Positions 35,947-46,500 of a DNA stretch of 64,000 bases are shown one piece after another. The number at the start of each line of letters is the position of its first letter. Within the stretch, counting starts at the first letter, position 1. The DNA comes from a bacterium (GTDB lineage Bacteria > Armatimonadota > Abditibacteriia > Abditibacteriales > Abditibacteriaceae): NCBI GenBank assembly GCA_004172935.1, contig SDZD01000022.1, positions 6,195 to 70,194 on the forward strand, written 5' to 3'. The notes under the pieces were generated by a model. It was not told where the DNA came from and made no database searches. It was given only the letters and a program-made list of their open reading frames with translations. The position numbers and the translations under genes are program-made.

Positions 35947-38013
35947 TTAGTTGGGCATCAGTAGGTGCAGGGTGCGACCGTCTTTGCCATCGACGATAAG
36001 CCATAGGAAGATGCTCATCACGTCGCCGAGCGCAAGGCCAAGGAATATAGGCGTGGCTTTGCGGTAGGTGTCTGGGCCGCCAAAGCGCATGATGAGGCTC
36101 TTGGCAATCCAGCCGATGCAGATGGAACTCCACAGCGCCTCACCGGGCCATGTCAGGCTCATCAGGTAGCCAGCAGGGTGGAAGGGGAACCAACTCAGGC
36201 GGGCGCGGGCGAACATGGTCAGGAAGGTAATCAGTCCACCAAAGCCGAACCAGAACACGTTGAATGCGGTCGAGGTTTTGGGTTCGGCGGTGATGGCCCG
36301 TAAGAAGGAAATCGAGCGCGTAGAGAGTCCCGATACCCAGCCGCTGTTCGTCAACGACAGCGCGCCATTATCGTAGCCTAAATGGACGCAGGTGATCCAC
36401 GACACCAAAACCGTGATCATGATTACGCCCGCAAGCAACCAACCGAGAGGGCGTGCCGAAATCTTTTGATCGTGCGCCAACTTGAAGCTGTGCAGGAACG
36501 ACGGCAAGATGAAGCCGCGCATGTGGACGATGAAGCCGCCCTGAATGAGCGCGGCGGGCACAACGCCATTTTGTAGCGAGAGCCAACTCGCGCCGCCACC
36601 GGGAAGCATACGAGCGATGGCGCCTAGAGGCTGCGAGTCGTGCAGCAAGAACAACAAGCCGCCTTCAACTGCGACACGGGTCAGTACGATGGCGAAGACG
36701 AGGTAGCACACCCACAGCGTCAATGCGATGTCGAGTCGAACGCCCGCCATCACAGCGAAGGTCGTCAAAATGGCAAAACAGGCCACGAAGCCCCAGAATG
36801 CGCGCGGATAGGACATCATCTCGTCGCCTTCTTCTTCGCCCGCTTTGACGCGCCCAATGCCACGCATGAAGACATGCTTCAGGTGTTCGCGCGCCGTCCA
36901 CATCAGCAGCAACAGGTACATCCAGTAGGCGCCCTGTACCTGGAAAAACGCGAAGGTTTTTCCATACGAGAAGTCGGAGCCGGGTAGCGCTGAGGTGCGA
37001 TAGCCGCAGTAATAGCCGATGATGTACTGAAGCTTGATGAACCAGTAGCCCGTCCACAACGACAGCGCCACTTCGGACGACAACAGGTACGTGATGCCGA
37101 TGGCGATGGGATAGATTTCCAGCGTGACGCCGTCCATCTGGTTCCAGGGCGGATCGGACAGGTACGGCCCAAAGTTAAGCGATAGCGGGAAATCGGGCAC
37201 CAAATCGGAGTAATACAGGTGCAAGCCCCTGATGAGTTGAATGCCGAACGACACGCTGAAACCTGCCCACATCAAGCCGTTACGCCAAAACGAAACCGCG
37301 TTTTCGTCGCGCTTTGCCGTTGCCGAAGCATCGACCATTTCGAGCGGCAAGCGAAGCAGCGGGAAGGCGAGGGCTTCGTTTTGCGCCCACTGGCGGCGCA
37401 AAATGATGCTCAAGCACGCCATCATGTAGTACGAAACCAGCACCATGCTCATCCACACGGCCAGCGGCACCAGCCACGCGCCCCACGGAATGGAAGCGCC
37501 CTGTGGCAAGCCCTGATACCAGTTTTGAAGCACGTCGTTATTGACGGTGCTATCTTTGTTGAGCGCCGGAGTCAGCCACGGTTTGATGTACGGTTGCAGC
37601 CAGTCCATCCATTTGTTGGCGCGCGTCGCATAATAGAACGGCGTCATGATGGCGGGCACGATCAGGTTTTCGCTGCCATGACCGGGAACCAGACTGGAAA
37701 ACAGACAGGAGATGTAAACCGTCAGCGATTCCTCTTTCGTGAAGGCCCATTTTTTCGACACCAACCGTAGCAATGGGTTGACGACGGCCAGCAGCAAAAG
37801 CAACACGCCGATGGCACCGGGCGGCAGGTGGGTCGCGCCCAAAAAGGTGTTGTACAGCTTGAAGTCGATGACGGGCAGCAAATAGCCGAACACCGCCGCC
37901 AGAAACAAACTCAACACAACGACCCGAAGAGTAACCCCGCGCACCGCCGTAGCAGACTTGGTACTGGAAGGGGATTTTTCAAGATCGGGTGTGGCAGAAA
38001 GCGAATTAGTCAT
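35947..38013 (-). CDS. Large polytopic membrane protein, DUF6785-like putative transporter
   Basis: About 15 TM segments; HLPPGA, LRRQW...E.LAFPL..LP, FPFHPAGY motifs. Confidence 0.75.
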   Translation of the reverse strand: MTNSLSATPDLEKSPSSTKSATAVRGVTLRVVVLSLFLAAVFGYLLPVIDFKLYNTFLGATHLPPGAIGVLLLLLAVVNPLLRLVSKKWAFTKEESLTVYISCLFSSLVPGHGSENLIVPAIMTPFYYATRANKWMDWLQPYIKPWLTPALNKDSTVNNDVLQNWYQGLPQGASIPWGAWLVPLAVWMSMVLVSYYMMACLSIILRRQWAQNEALAFPLLRLPLEMVDASATAKRDENAVSFWRNGLMWAGFSVSFGIQLIRGLHLYYSDLVPDFPLSLNFGPYLSDPPWNQMDGVTLEIYPIAIGITYLLSSEVALSLWTGYWFIKLQYIIGYYCGYRTSALPGSDFSYGKTFAFFQVQGAYWMYLLLLMWTAREHLKHVFMRGIGRVKAGEEEGDEMMSYPRAFWGFVACFAILTTFAVMAGVRLDIALTLWVCYLVFAIVLTRVAVEGGLLFLLHDSQPLGAIARMLPGGGASWLSLQNGVVPAALIQGGFIVHMRGFILPSFLHSFKLAHDQKISARPLGWLLAGVIMITVLVSWITCVHLGYDNGALSLTNSGWVSGLSTRSISFLRAITAEPKTSTAFNVFWFGFGGLITFLTMFARARLSWFPFHPAGYLMSLTWPGEALWSSICIGWIAKSLIMRFGGPDTYRKATPIFLGLALGDVMSIFLWLIVDGKDGRTLHLLMPN

Positions 38014-38346
38014 CCGATAAATGTGATGTGAACAAGTTGCCCTCTAACATAGAGTCCATCGAAAGCGAATGGAGGCAAAAAAACACACACCAACAAAAGG
38101 GTACACGTTGGAGTTAACGCAGTGACGAAACCCGCCTGAAATAACATAGTATACCAGTGCCTAATTTGAATGAAATGCCATTTTATAGGCGACTTGCCCA
38201 AATTGTCGCAACTGTTATGACCGATTTGGGCGTCTTACCTCCTGCACAAACTTGCCTTTCTGGCCCGACACCAAGCAACGACCAAACCAGATTCTCGTCA
38301 CTTTCTCACGCGGGCACACGCAAATAACTCAATACTTCTTTTTTCC

Positions 38347-39312
38347 ATGCGTCCCATTCTTGCTGTTATTCCGGCGCTTCCATCCTCCTTCCTGCTGCCA
38401 GCGGTCATTTTGTCGCTTTTGCTGGGCGGCGCAATCGCATTTAAAACCCGCAACTCGGTGCCCATCGCACTGGGCGCTGGAATCGCCGTACTCGCGTTTC
38501 TGTGGACGCGCGGCCCCATCACGTTGCATTCCTACGGCTTGTTCCTCGTGCTAGGATTTTTCCTGTCCACGACTCTTGCCTGTCTCGAAGCCAAACGGCG
38601 CGGCTACGACCCGAACGTGTTACTCGATTTGGCGATGCCACTATTGTTGGTTTCGGTGGTGTGCTGCCGAATCCTTTATTTCATCATTTATCCAAACCAG
38701 TGGCAGGGCATCCGTGAGGCGCTGCAAATCTGGAATGGTGGCCTGTCGTTTCATGGCGCACTCATCGGCGCTCCCGCCGTCATCGCCTACTATTCGTGGA
38801 GCCGCAAAATTCCCTTCGGCACTCTGGGCGACCTCATCGCGCCGGGCGCTTTTCTGGGCTACGCCATCGGGCGTATTGGCTGCTTCATGAACGGCTGCTG
38901 CTACGGCCACGCCTGCGATTTGCCGTGGGCTGTTTCGTTCCCCGACGAAAATAACCGCGCTGTCGATGGGGCGGGCCACTTTCTGCATATGACGCCGCCC
39001 TCGCACCCGGCGCAACTGTATTCGACCTTCATGGGCATCATCCTGTTTGCCGTGATCTGGCGGATGCGCCTCATGCCGCGTTTCAACCGTTTCCCCGGCC
39101 AACTGACATTGCTCTTCTTCGGCTTCTACGCGCTGGAGCGCTTCATCATGGAAATATTCCGTAACGGCGCGACGGCACCGTTGGCGTTCGGATTGTCCTG
39201 GCTCACTCAGGCGCAGTTCGCCTCGATTGTTGGTTTGGTGGTTGTCGGCGCGATTTATGGATTCATGTTGCGCCGCCCGCGTCCGGGGGCACAGCTAGTT
39301 TCTTCGGGATGA
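38347..39312 (+). CDS. lgt: Prolipoprotein diacylglyceryl transferase
   Basis: LHSYG, IWNGGLSFHG, IGRIGCFMNGCCYG, HPAQLY, ERFIMEIFR. Confidence 0.95.
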   Translation: MRPILAVIPALPSSFLLPAVILSLLLGGAIAFKTRNSVPIALGAGIAVLAFLWTRGPITLHSYGLFLVLGFFLSTTLACLEAKRRGYDPNVLLDLAMPLLLVSVVCCRILYFIIYPNQWQGIREALQIWNGGLSFHGALIGAPAVIAYYSWSRKIPFGTLGDLIAPGAFLGYAIGRIGCFMNGCCYGHACDLPWAVSFPDENNRAVDGAGHFLHMTPPSHPAQLYSTFMGIILFAVIWRMRLMPRFNRFPGQLTLLFFGFYALERFIMEIFRNGATAPLAFGLSWLTQAQFASIVGLVVVGAIYGFMLRRPRPGAQLVSSG

Positions 39313-39968
39313 GCGACGAGTCGCTGTTCCCCCCTGTCGAAGAGGCCGATGAGAATGGGGTGTTATGCTGGGGCGGCCATCTTTCCCCCGGCGTTGTGCT
39401 GGAAGCCTATCGCAACGGCATCTTCCCGTGGCCGCACGAGGATTACCCGCTGCTGTGGTTCGCGCCGCCCGAACGCGCCGTTCTGTGCTTCGATGAGTTC
39501 TACATCAACACCCGCACCAAGCGCGACCTGCGCAAACAGAACTTTCGCATCACCTTCGACCAAGCCTTTTCCGAAGTAATAGCCGCCTGTAGCGCCCCGC
39601 GTTTTTATGAGGGCGAGTGGGAAGAGGGCACTTGGATCACCGACGAAATCGTCTCTTGCTACACCGAGTTGCATCGCTACGGCTGGGTTCATTCAGTCGA
39701 GGCATGGCAGGATGATAAGCTCGTCGGTGGACTGTACGGCGTTCTACTCGGCGCTCATTTTTGTGGCGAGTCGATGTTTCACCTCGTCCCCAATTCCAGC
39801 AAAGCCTGCGTCATCGGCCTCGTAGAACGTCTGCAAGCGGGCGGCGCCAAATGGCTCGACATCGAAACCATGACCCCCCACTTCGAGCGCATGGGCGCCC
39901 GCGAAATCCCGCGCGCCGAGTTCATGGAGTGGAAGACCCAAGCTCAAGCCCAACCCATCGCATGGTGA
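39309..39968 (+). CDS. aat: Leucyl/phenylalanyl-tRNA--protein transferase
   Basis: AYRNGIFPW, WFAPPERAV, HSVEAW...LVGGLYG, FCGESMF, SKAC. Confidence 0.96.
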   Translation: MSDESLFPPVEEADENGVLCWGGHLSPGVVLEAYRNGIFPWPHEDYPLLWFAPPERAVLCFDEFYINTRTKRDLRKQNFRITFDQAFSEVIAACSAPRFYEGEWEEGTWITDEIVSCYTELHRYGWVHSVEAWQDDKLVGGLYGVLLGAHFCGESMFHLVPNSSKACVIGLVERLQAGGAKWLDIETMTPHFERMGAREIPRAEFMEWKTQAQAQPIAW

Positions 39969-40058
39969 ACCGAACGGGGAACCTGCACCGAACTCGACGG
40001 TACAATCAAACCTTACCTGCTGCTCCGTATGGGATTGCAGGCGTAGAATTGGCGAGTC

Positions 40059-42197
40059 CTACTGCACATAGGTTTCGCCTTTGCGCACCAATTCAATGAT
40101 TTTCTGAATTTGGATGTCGCGCTCTTTTTGAGGAAGAGACACATCCAGAAGCGGTAAAGAGTGAGTTGCGGAGCCAACGGGGCTTTTTTGCTGCAAATAG
40201 TAGCCAACTAAATCGGCCACCCGCAGCGGTTGGGAATCGCCGTTTTCGAGGGGGTGATTCAAAACTATGCCGATCATCTGAGTGCGTTTCCACGCTGTAA
40301 CCTTGATTTTTCCTTGCTCCAGACCTTGTTCATTGGTTGTGCCCTCTAGAGTCGCCACAATGGTTTGGTTACGTAATTCGCGTTCAACCGCTTCACGGGC
40401 GATAGGAAGTCTCACCAATTGTCTAGAGAGTAATTTAAAGGCGTTTTCTGTTCTGACGGCATCATCGGGGTATTGTGCCGCTATTTGAAAGGGTGACTTC
40501 TCAGCGAACACTTTCGCTGTTGCTTTCTGCAACGCTGGTTCATCGGGATAGCGCCACAAGGGGCCATAACACCAATCTTGAATCCAACCCAGCGGGACAC
40601 TAGATAACCATTGCCCATAATCCTCCATCGCCTGTGCGTTATAGGCGGTATCTTTTTGAGCACGTAAGAAATTGAGGCGTGCTTCTGATTCCGTAAATTG
40701 GCCCTGCCGTTTCCGTTCTTCGGTCAGCTGCTTTACAAATTTTTGAGTGCGTTTTAACTGGGGGGCCATTAATGGTAAGGCCCGTGGTGCGTCCCATTGC
40801 CAAAGAGCCATCAACAACTCATTGGCTAAGCTGAAGAGGCCGGTGGCTGTGGTAGTGTGTTTTAGTAACGCTTGCGGTATTTCCCCTTTCTCTGCTCGTT
40901 CGCTGAGTTCGTTTATACGTGCAACCAATACATCGCTTACGCTGGGGTTGCGCATAGCGAGTAACTCCTCCAATGTGCCTGGAGTAACAATGAGTACAGA
41001 GGACTTCTTTGGGAATTTGAGCCGAAGCAACTTGTCAATTGTTTCTTCCAGCAGTTCTGGTTTTTGTCCACTTTGAGCGAGAATGGAAAACAGGCGTTGT
41101 GCGGGAGTTTTTTGTTTGAGCTTGGCCCAATCTGCGCGAATTTGGGCGACCATCGCTGAGTGCCCTCCGTCTTCGCCAACTTGATAATCGGCGTAATAAT
41201 CGCTGTCTAATATCCCATTGATGAGATACAGAGCTACTGTACTGACGCTTCCCAGCCCACCAACTTGAGTTGGTGGCCCAATACGAACGCCTGAAAGCGA
41301 TAGGGTGAGTCGCTGGTCTTTTTCAAGCGTGTCGATGAGTGCATCCATTGCCAACTCGCCAACGGCAAATACTCTTTGTATTTCGGGCGCACTGCTCCAT
41401 GCTGTTCCCCCCATATCGCCGGGACGAGTGACACGCGCATTTTGTAGATCCCACATCAGCCCTGCGATTTCTTCTGTTGGGCGTGGGGTATCTTTTGGGT
41501 TTTGGCGCCGCGCAATTTCGGCAAGAAAATGAGTTGCCTCACCTTGAAAGCGGTCTTCTTCATGCAGGCGGTTTTTATTTTGGGGCTTAGTAGAGATTAA
41601 AGTCTCGAAGGCTCGTTTCGACTCGCTGAATTGTTGGCGAGAGAACGCCAGCACACCTATATCGCGTAGTTTTTCCTGCCAGACTGTTACCACATAGTCG
41701 GTGGAACCCGGTGTCACAAATCCACCAGATTCTACATCTGAAAGCCGAATTTGTTCTGCTAGTTCTGGGGTTCCTAGTTGTCTGAGATAAAAGCGAGTGA
41801 CAGGCATGGTCAATGATTCCCATTGCCATGCCACGCTGAAAGTTTCACCTGCTTTGCGCGGTTGGAGCGCTTGTTGGGCATCTTCACGCCATGAGGCTAA
41901 TTCGCCCACGCTTTTGAGTTCATAGGTGATGCCATTCCAACCAATACCTTGAGGTTTTTCGTTGGCCTTTCCCGGTAATATCCAGAAGTTCCCTGTACTC
42001 ACTCCGTTTTCTGTAGGAGGTGACCACGAATTACGAGAGATTGGCGCTGCGAGTGTCGCAGTGCGATATTCCAACCCGCGTACATCAGGGATTGGAAATT
42101 TGGCCTGTTCAGTTACAGTTGTATTGGCCGGGGGAATTTGAGCGGAGGCGGGAATTGCCAATGCTACTGCAAGAGGAAGAGCAAAAAGGGGCTTCAT
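40059..42197 (-). CDS. Large secreted hypothetical protein
   Basis: Signal peptide MKPLFALPLAVALAIPASA; 712 aa, mostly helical; AT-richer than flanks. Confidence 0.8.
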   Translation of the reverse strand: MKPLFALPLAVALAIPASAQIPPANTTVTEQAKFPIPDVRGLEYRTATLAAPISRNSWSPPTENGVSTGNFWILPGKANEKPQGIGWNGITYELKSVGELASWREDAQQALQPRKAGETFSVAWQWESLTMPVTRFYLRQLGTPELAEQIRLSDVESGGFVTPGSTDYVVTVWQEKLRDIGVLAFSRQQFSESKRAFETLISTKPQNKNRLHEEDRFQGEATHFLAEIARRQNPKDTPRPTEEIAGLMWDLQNARVTRPGDMGGTAWSSAPEIQRVFAVGELAMDALIDTLEKDQRLTLSLSGVRIGPPTQVGGLGSVSTVALYLINGILDSDYYADYQVGEDGGHSAMVAQIRADWAKLKQKTPAQRLFSILAQSGQKPELLEETIDKLLRLKFPKKSSVLIVTPGTLEELLAMRNPSVSDVLVARINELSERAEKGEIPQALLKHTTTATGLFSLANELLMALWQWDAPRALPLMAPQLKRTQKFVKQLTEERKRQGQFTESEARLNFLRAQKDTAYNAQAMEDYGQWLSSVPLGWIQDWCYGPLWRYPDEPALQKATAKVFAEKSPFQIAAQYPDDAVRTENAFKLLSRQLVRLPIAREAVERELRNQTIVATLEGTTNEQGLEQGKIKVTAWKRTQMIGIVLNHPLENGDSQPLRVADLVGYYLQQKSPVGSATHSLPLLDVSLPQKERDIQIQKIIELVRKGETYVQ

Positions 42198-42257
42198 GAA
42201 ACGCGCTCGTTTGACAGTGCGCCCAGCCCCGTGAAGCGCACTGTTGCCTATTTTTTT

Positions 42258-43406
42258 CTAGTCGTAGAGTAATACGCCTTCGCGTTCGCGCTTGAACCGT
42301 TCCCCATCAGCGCGTGTAATTTCTAGCGCCTCGTTCAGTTCCCCATTCCATAGCGAGTCCAATATCCGTTTCGAGCCGAGCAGTTGACCGGCCTTCTGCC
42401 ACAATTCGGGCGAGAAGTCGGGATGGGCACGTCGAAGCGCTGCCATCACGCGCAATCCGAACTCGACCGGATGAGTTGGCTCGCCCTCAGAGCAATCGAA
42501 GCGCACGCCGACGCACGCTTCGCCCTCGAATGTCGCGCGAGTTGGCGTCACATCTACGCGCTGGAATGAAAAGCTGGTGCCCTTCAAGGTGGCCTCAAGG
42601 GCTTCTCGCATCGCCTCGAAATCGAGCCACGGCGCAGCCAGAATTTGGAATGGTGCCTCAGTGCCGCGCCCGACGCTGACCCCCGAAAATTCGAGCAGGG
42701 CCAACCCCGGATACCATGCCGTGCTGCGGAAGTCGGGCAAGTTGGGCGATGGTTGGCGCCATTGCAGGCCCGTTTGCGGCCATAATTGCTCCCTCTTCCA
42801 GTTCTGAACCGGGACGACGGATAGCAGCGACTCATCCCATCCTCGCCAGCGCACAAAAAAGCGCGCCACTTCGCCCATCGTCAGGCCATGAGTGACGGGT
42901 AGGGGAGCATAGCCGATGAAGGAGCGTAGTTCCTCGTCAATGATTGGCCCCTCGACCACTTGCCCCCCAAGCGGATTGGGGCGGTCGAGTACAACAACCC
43001 GAATGCCACGCGGCGCGGCTTCTTCGAGGATGTGGAATATCGTTGAAGAGTAGGTATAAAAGCGCGCGCCCACATCCTGTAAATCGCACACGATGGTTTC
43101 GAGGCCATCCAACATGACGGCTGTCGGGCGCCGTGTCGCGCCATACAGCGAATGAATTGGAAGCTGCCCCACAGTGGACGATTCGATGTCGCCCTCCTGG
43201 TCGGCGCGTGGCCCATGTTCGGGCGAGAACAGCGCCGCGAGTTCGATTCCCCGTTCGCGGCAGACATCCAACGCGCTGGTGCCGTCGATGGCCGCGCCTG
43301 TCGGGTTGAACAAAAGCGCGCATTTTCGCCCGCGCAGTTCACGTTCTAATTCGGAAGCCTCGCCCGCACGGAGAGCATCTAGCCCCGGCGTGACCTGAGA
43401 AACCAT
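42258..43406 (-). CDS. namZ: Exo-beta-N-acetylmuramidase NamZ (DUF1343)
   Basis: LFSPEHG, SLYG, DLQDVGARFYTY, LDRPNPLGG, HGLTMGE, PSPNLP, GRGT. Confidence 0.9.
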   Translation of the reverse strand: MVSQVTPGLDALRAGEASELERELRGRKCALLFNPTGAAIDGTSALDVCRERGIELAALFSPEHGPRADQEGDIESSTVGQLPIHSLYGATRRPTAVMLDGLETIVCDLQDVGARFYTYSSTIFHILEEAAPRGIRVVVLDRPNPLGGQVVEGPIIDEELRSFIGYAPLPVTHGLTMGEVARFFVRWRGWDESLLSVVPVQNWKREQLWPQTGLQWRQPSPNLPDFRSTAWYPGLALLEFSGVSVGRGTEAPFQILAAPWLDFEAMREALEATLKGTSFSFQRVDVTPTRATFEGEACVGVRFDCSEGEPTHPVEFGLRVMAALRRAHPDFSPELWQKAGQLLGSKRILDSLWNGELNEALEITRADGERFKREREGVLLYD

Positions 43407-43545
43407 AGGGCCTAGTTTGAGGTTTTGTGCTGGCGTCGTCGGGAATTGCTGACTGCGAATGGCCCCTGCTGCGCGCTTCTGTCATCCTGAAAAGGCGCGC
43501 GACTGCCGTTTCGTCGCCCGGATTCGAGTGTTTCAGGTGGTTTGA

Positions 43546-46500
43546 TTGTTTCAAGATAAACGAAAGTTCAAGGTCGCCGACCCCGATGTGCGGCCCGGTC
43601 ACGATACGCCCGACTGGGAAGGAGCCGCGCGACGTGCGCGTGGGCGGCGTGCCCAATTCGCTTCGGGCGGTGCGCGCACATCCATTCCGTTCCCCGGTGA
43701 AGTACGGCGTTTGCTGTTTCTCATCCCGCTTGGCCTCGTGTTTCTGGCGCTTTATGCGCTCGGCGTGGGCTTCGCGCTCTTTCGTCCCGGCTACTCGCCT
43801 ATTGATCGTGTTGCCTCCGCTTTTCTGGGAGTGGCGCTACTATTCGTATTGTTGCATGGCCTCGGTTATGCCAACTCGATGCTCAAGGCGTTCGCCGCTT
43901 CGCGCAACCCCGCGAAAATCCTGTTCGCCCCCGCGAACTCGCCGCGTGTAACCTGCCTCATCGCATCCTATAACGAGCCGCCCGAAGTTCTCGAAGAAAC
44001 CGTCGCTGCTGTTTCGGCGCTCGATTATCCCAACAAAGAAATCATCCTGTTGGACGACTCGACGCACGAAGGCCCGCGCCGCGCCGCCCGCGAAATCGCC
44101 GCCAAATACGATGTGCGTTGCGTGCAGCGCGTCACGCGCCGAGGCTTCAAGGCGGGCGCTATCAACGATTTCCTTCCCGAAATCACCTCGCCCTACATCG
44201 CGATGTTCGATGCCGACGCACTACCGACTCCCGAATTTCTGCGCGAGGTCGTGCCGCATCTCATCGAAAACCCGCGCCTCGGCTGGGCGCAAACCCCGCA
44301 GTTCTACGCCAACACCAACGTTTCCTACACGGCATTGGCAGCGGCTCGCCAGCAGAGCGTTTTCTACGAGTACATCTGCGAAGGCAAATCCTATTCGCGC
44401 GCCGCGTTCTGCTGCGGCACCAACGTCATCTTCGCGCGCCGCGCTCTGGAAGATGTCGGTGGTTTCGACGAAAGCAGCGTTACCGAAGACTTCGCCACCA
44501 GCCTCAAGTTACATCTGCGCGGCTGGGATTCACTCTATCTGAACCGCGTTTACGTCTATTCTCTGGCCCCCGAAACCCTTGGGGCTTACTTCACCCAGCA
44601 GTCGCGCTGGGCCTTCGGCTCGCTCGGTTTGCTGCGCCCCCTCCTCGCGCGCTTCTTCAAAAATCCGCGCGGCCTTAAAGCCGGACAGTGGTTCGAATAT
44701 CTGCTCTCGACCACTTACTATTGGATTGGCCTCGTCAACTTCATCTTTTTGATGTTGCCGATTCTGTACATCTTCTTTGGCATCAAGCCGCTCCGCCTCG
44801 ACGCGCTTACTTACCTCGCCGTGTTCCTGCCCTATCTGGCCTTCTCGCTTCACACCTTCTATGCGGGCATGGAAGCGCGCGGCCTCAAAGTCGGCGACAT
44901 GATGCTCGGCCAGCAACTCGGCTTTCTGTCGTTTCCCACCCACATTGCGGCGGGGCTTTCGGCTTTGTCGGGGCGCAAACGGCCTTTCGGTGTCACCCCT
45001 AAAGGTGTCGGTGGGCGCGTTTCTTACTGGTCGCTGTGGCCGCAACTGCTTATGTTGGCTCTCAGCGCCGGGGCCTGTGGCTGGGGCATGTATCGCTACT
45101 TCGCGGGCCTCGACCGCAACACCACGGCAGCGCTCGTCAACAGCTTCTGGGCGCTTTATCACGTGTGGATGCTGAGTTCGGTTTTCCGCCTCAACCGTCC
45201 GGTGCGCGTCGGCGAATCCAAGAAAATCCTCTTTGCCCGCGATGGCGAAGAAGAGGTTCGTACCCTGTCGGCGCTCGAAGGCGCGCGCAATCCGCTATCA
45301 CTGGGGCGCGTGACTGCCGCACTTGCCGTGGCTTGCTTGCTCTTCATTGGCACTTTCATCGGTATTGTCGCGTCGTGGAATCGCGCTCCGGTCTATCCGG
45401 TGAACGTGATGGTTCTCGACCGCACAGGCGCTCAGAACGGGCGCGAACATCGCCAATTGCTGTGGACGCTCAACTACCTCAAAGTCCGTCAGCAAAAGGG
45501 CGGTGTGGTTAACGGCGCGCGCCCGACATACGACCTCGACCGCGATTATTTCGGTGCCTTTTATGCCCCCAATGCCCGCCCCGCTCTCGATGCTAAAACG
45601 GGCGAACTGGTGGTCACGGGAGTCAGTCGCCCATTGCCGCCACGCTTGCCATCACCGGGCTTGCTGTACATTGCCGACACCTTCGGCGAGTTCCGTGTCC
45701 GCGACGCGCGCGCTGGAAAACTCGTCACCTACCGCGCCCGCAAGCGCGGACTTACTGCTACCGAAGTCGAGGCCATCGACGACTTCGCGCGCCGTGGTGG
45801 CATGGTGATGGGCGAATGGAACGCCCTCGGCTTCCCAACCCGCCCCGGCGGCTATTTGCCTGAAGACCAGTTGAAACGTGCCATCGAAACCGCGCGCCAG
45901 AACCGCATTCGACTCGAACGCACCGAACTCGCCCGCGCCCAGACAGCGCTCGACGTGGCGCAAAGTTCACACGATTTCCGCCGCATCTCTGCTGCTCGTG
46001 GGCGCCTCGAAGACGTGCGCGGCGAAATCGTCACCGCCGAGTACCGTTTGCGCGCCCTGCAAAACCGCTCGCTTTACAACGCCGTGCAAGCCAAACAGGC
46101 GCGTGCTGCCCAGCAACTCGAAGGCTTGCTGCACACATCTTATGCAGGTTGGTATGGCCGATTCGTGGACGATTTTGCTGCTGAAGCGAGTTACGATCCT
46201 GAACTGTATCGCAGCGTTGCTGCCGACCTGAAGCGCCGTCTCGGCGACAAAGCGCGCGTGCCAAGCGGCCCCGGCTTTGTCTTCTATCCCGATGGAGGCA
46301 GCGAAACCATCAACCCGCAAACGGGTGCCATCGAGAAATCGCCCTTCGCCCGTCCCGTCGTCATCCTTGGCTCCGATTTGGGCGGCGCTGCTAACGCTGA
46401 ACTGTGCCAGATCGTGCGCACCCGCGACGAGAAATTGCGCAACGACCCCTTATTGCGCGGCGTGCGTGAGGCCGTTCCCGCGCGCTTATGGTTCGATTTG

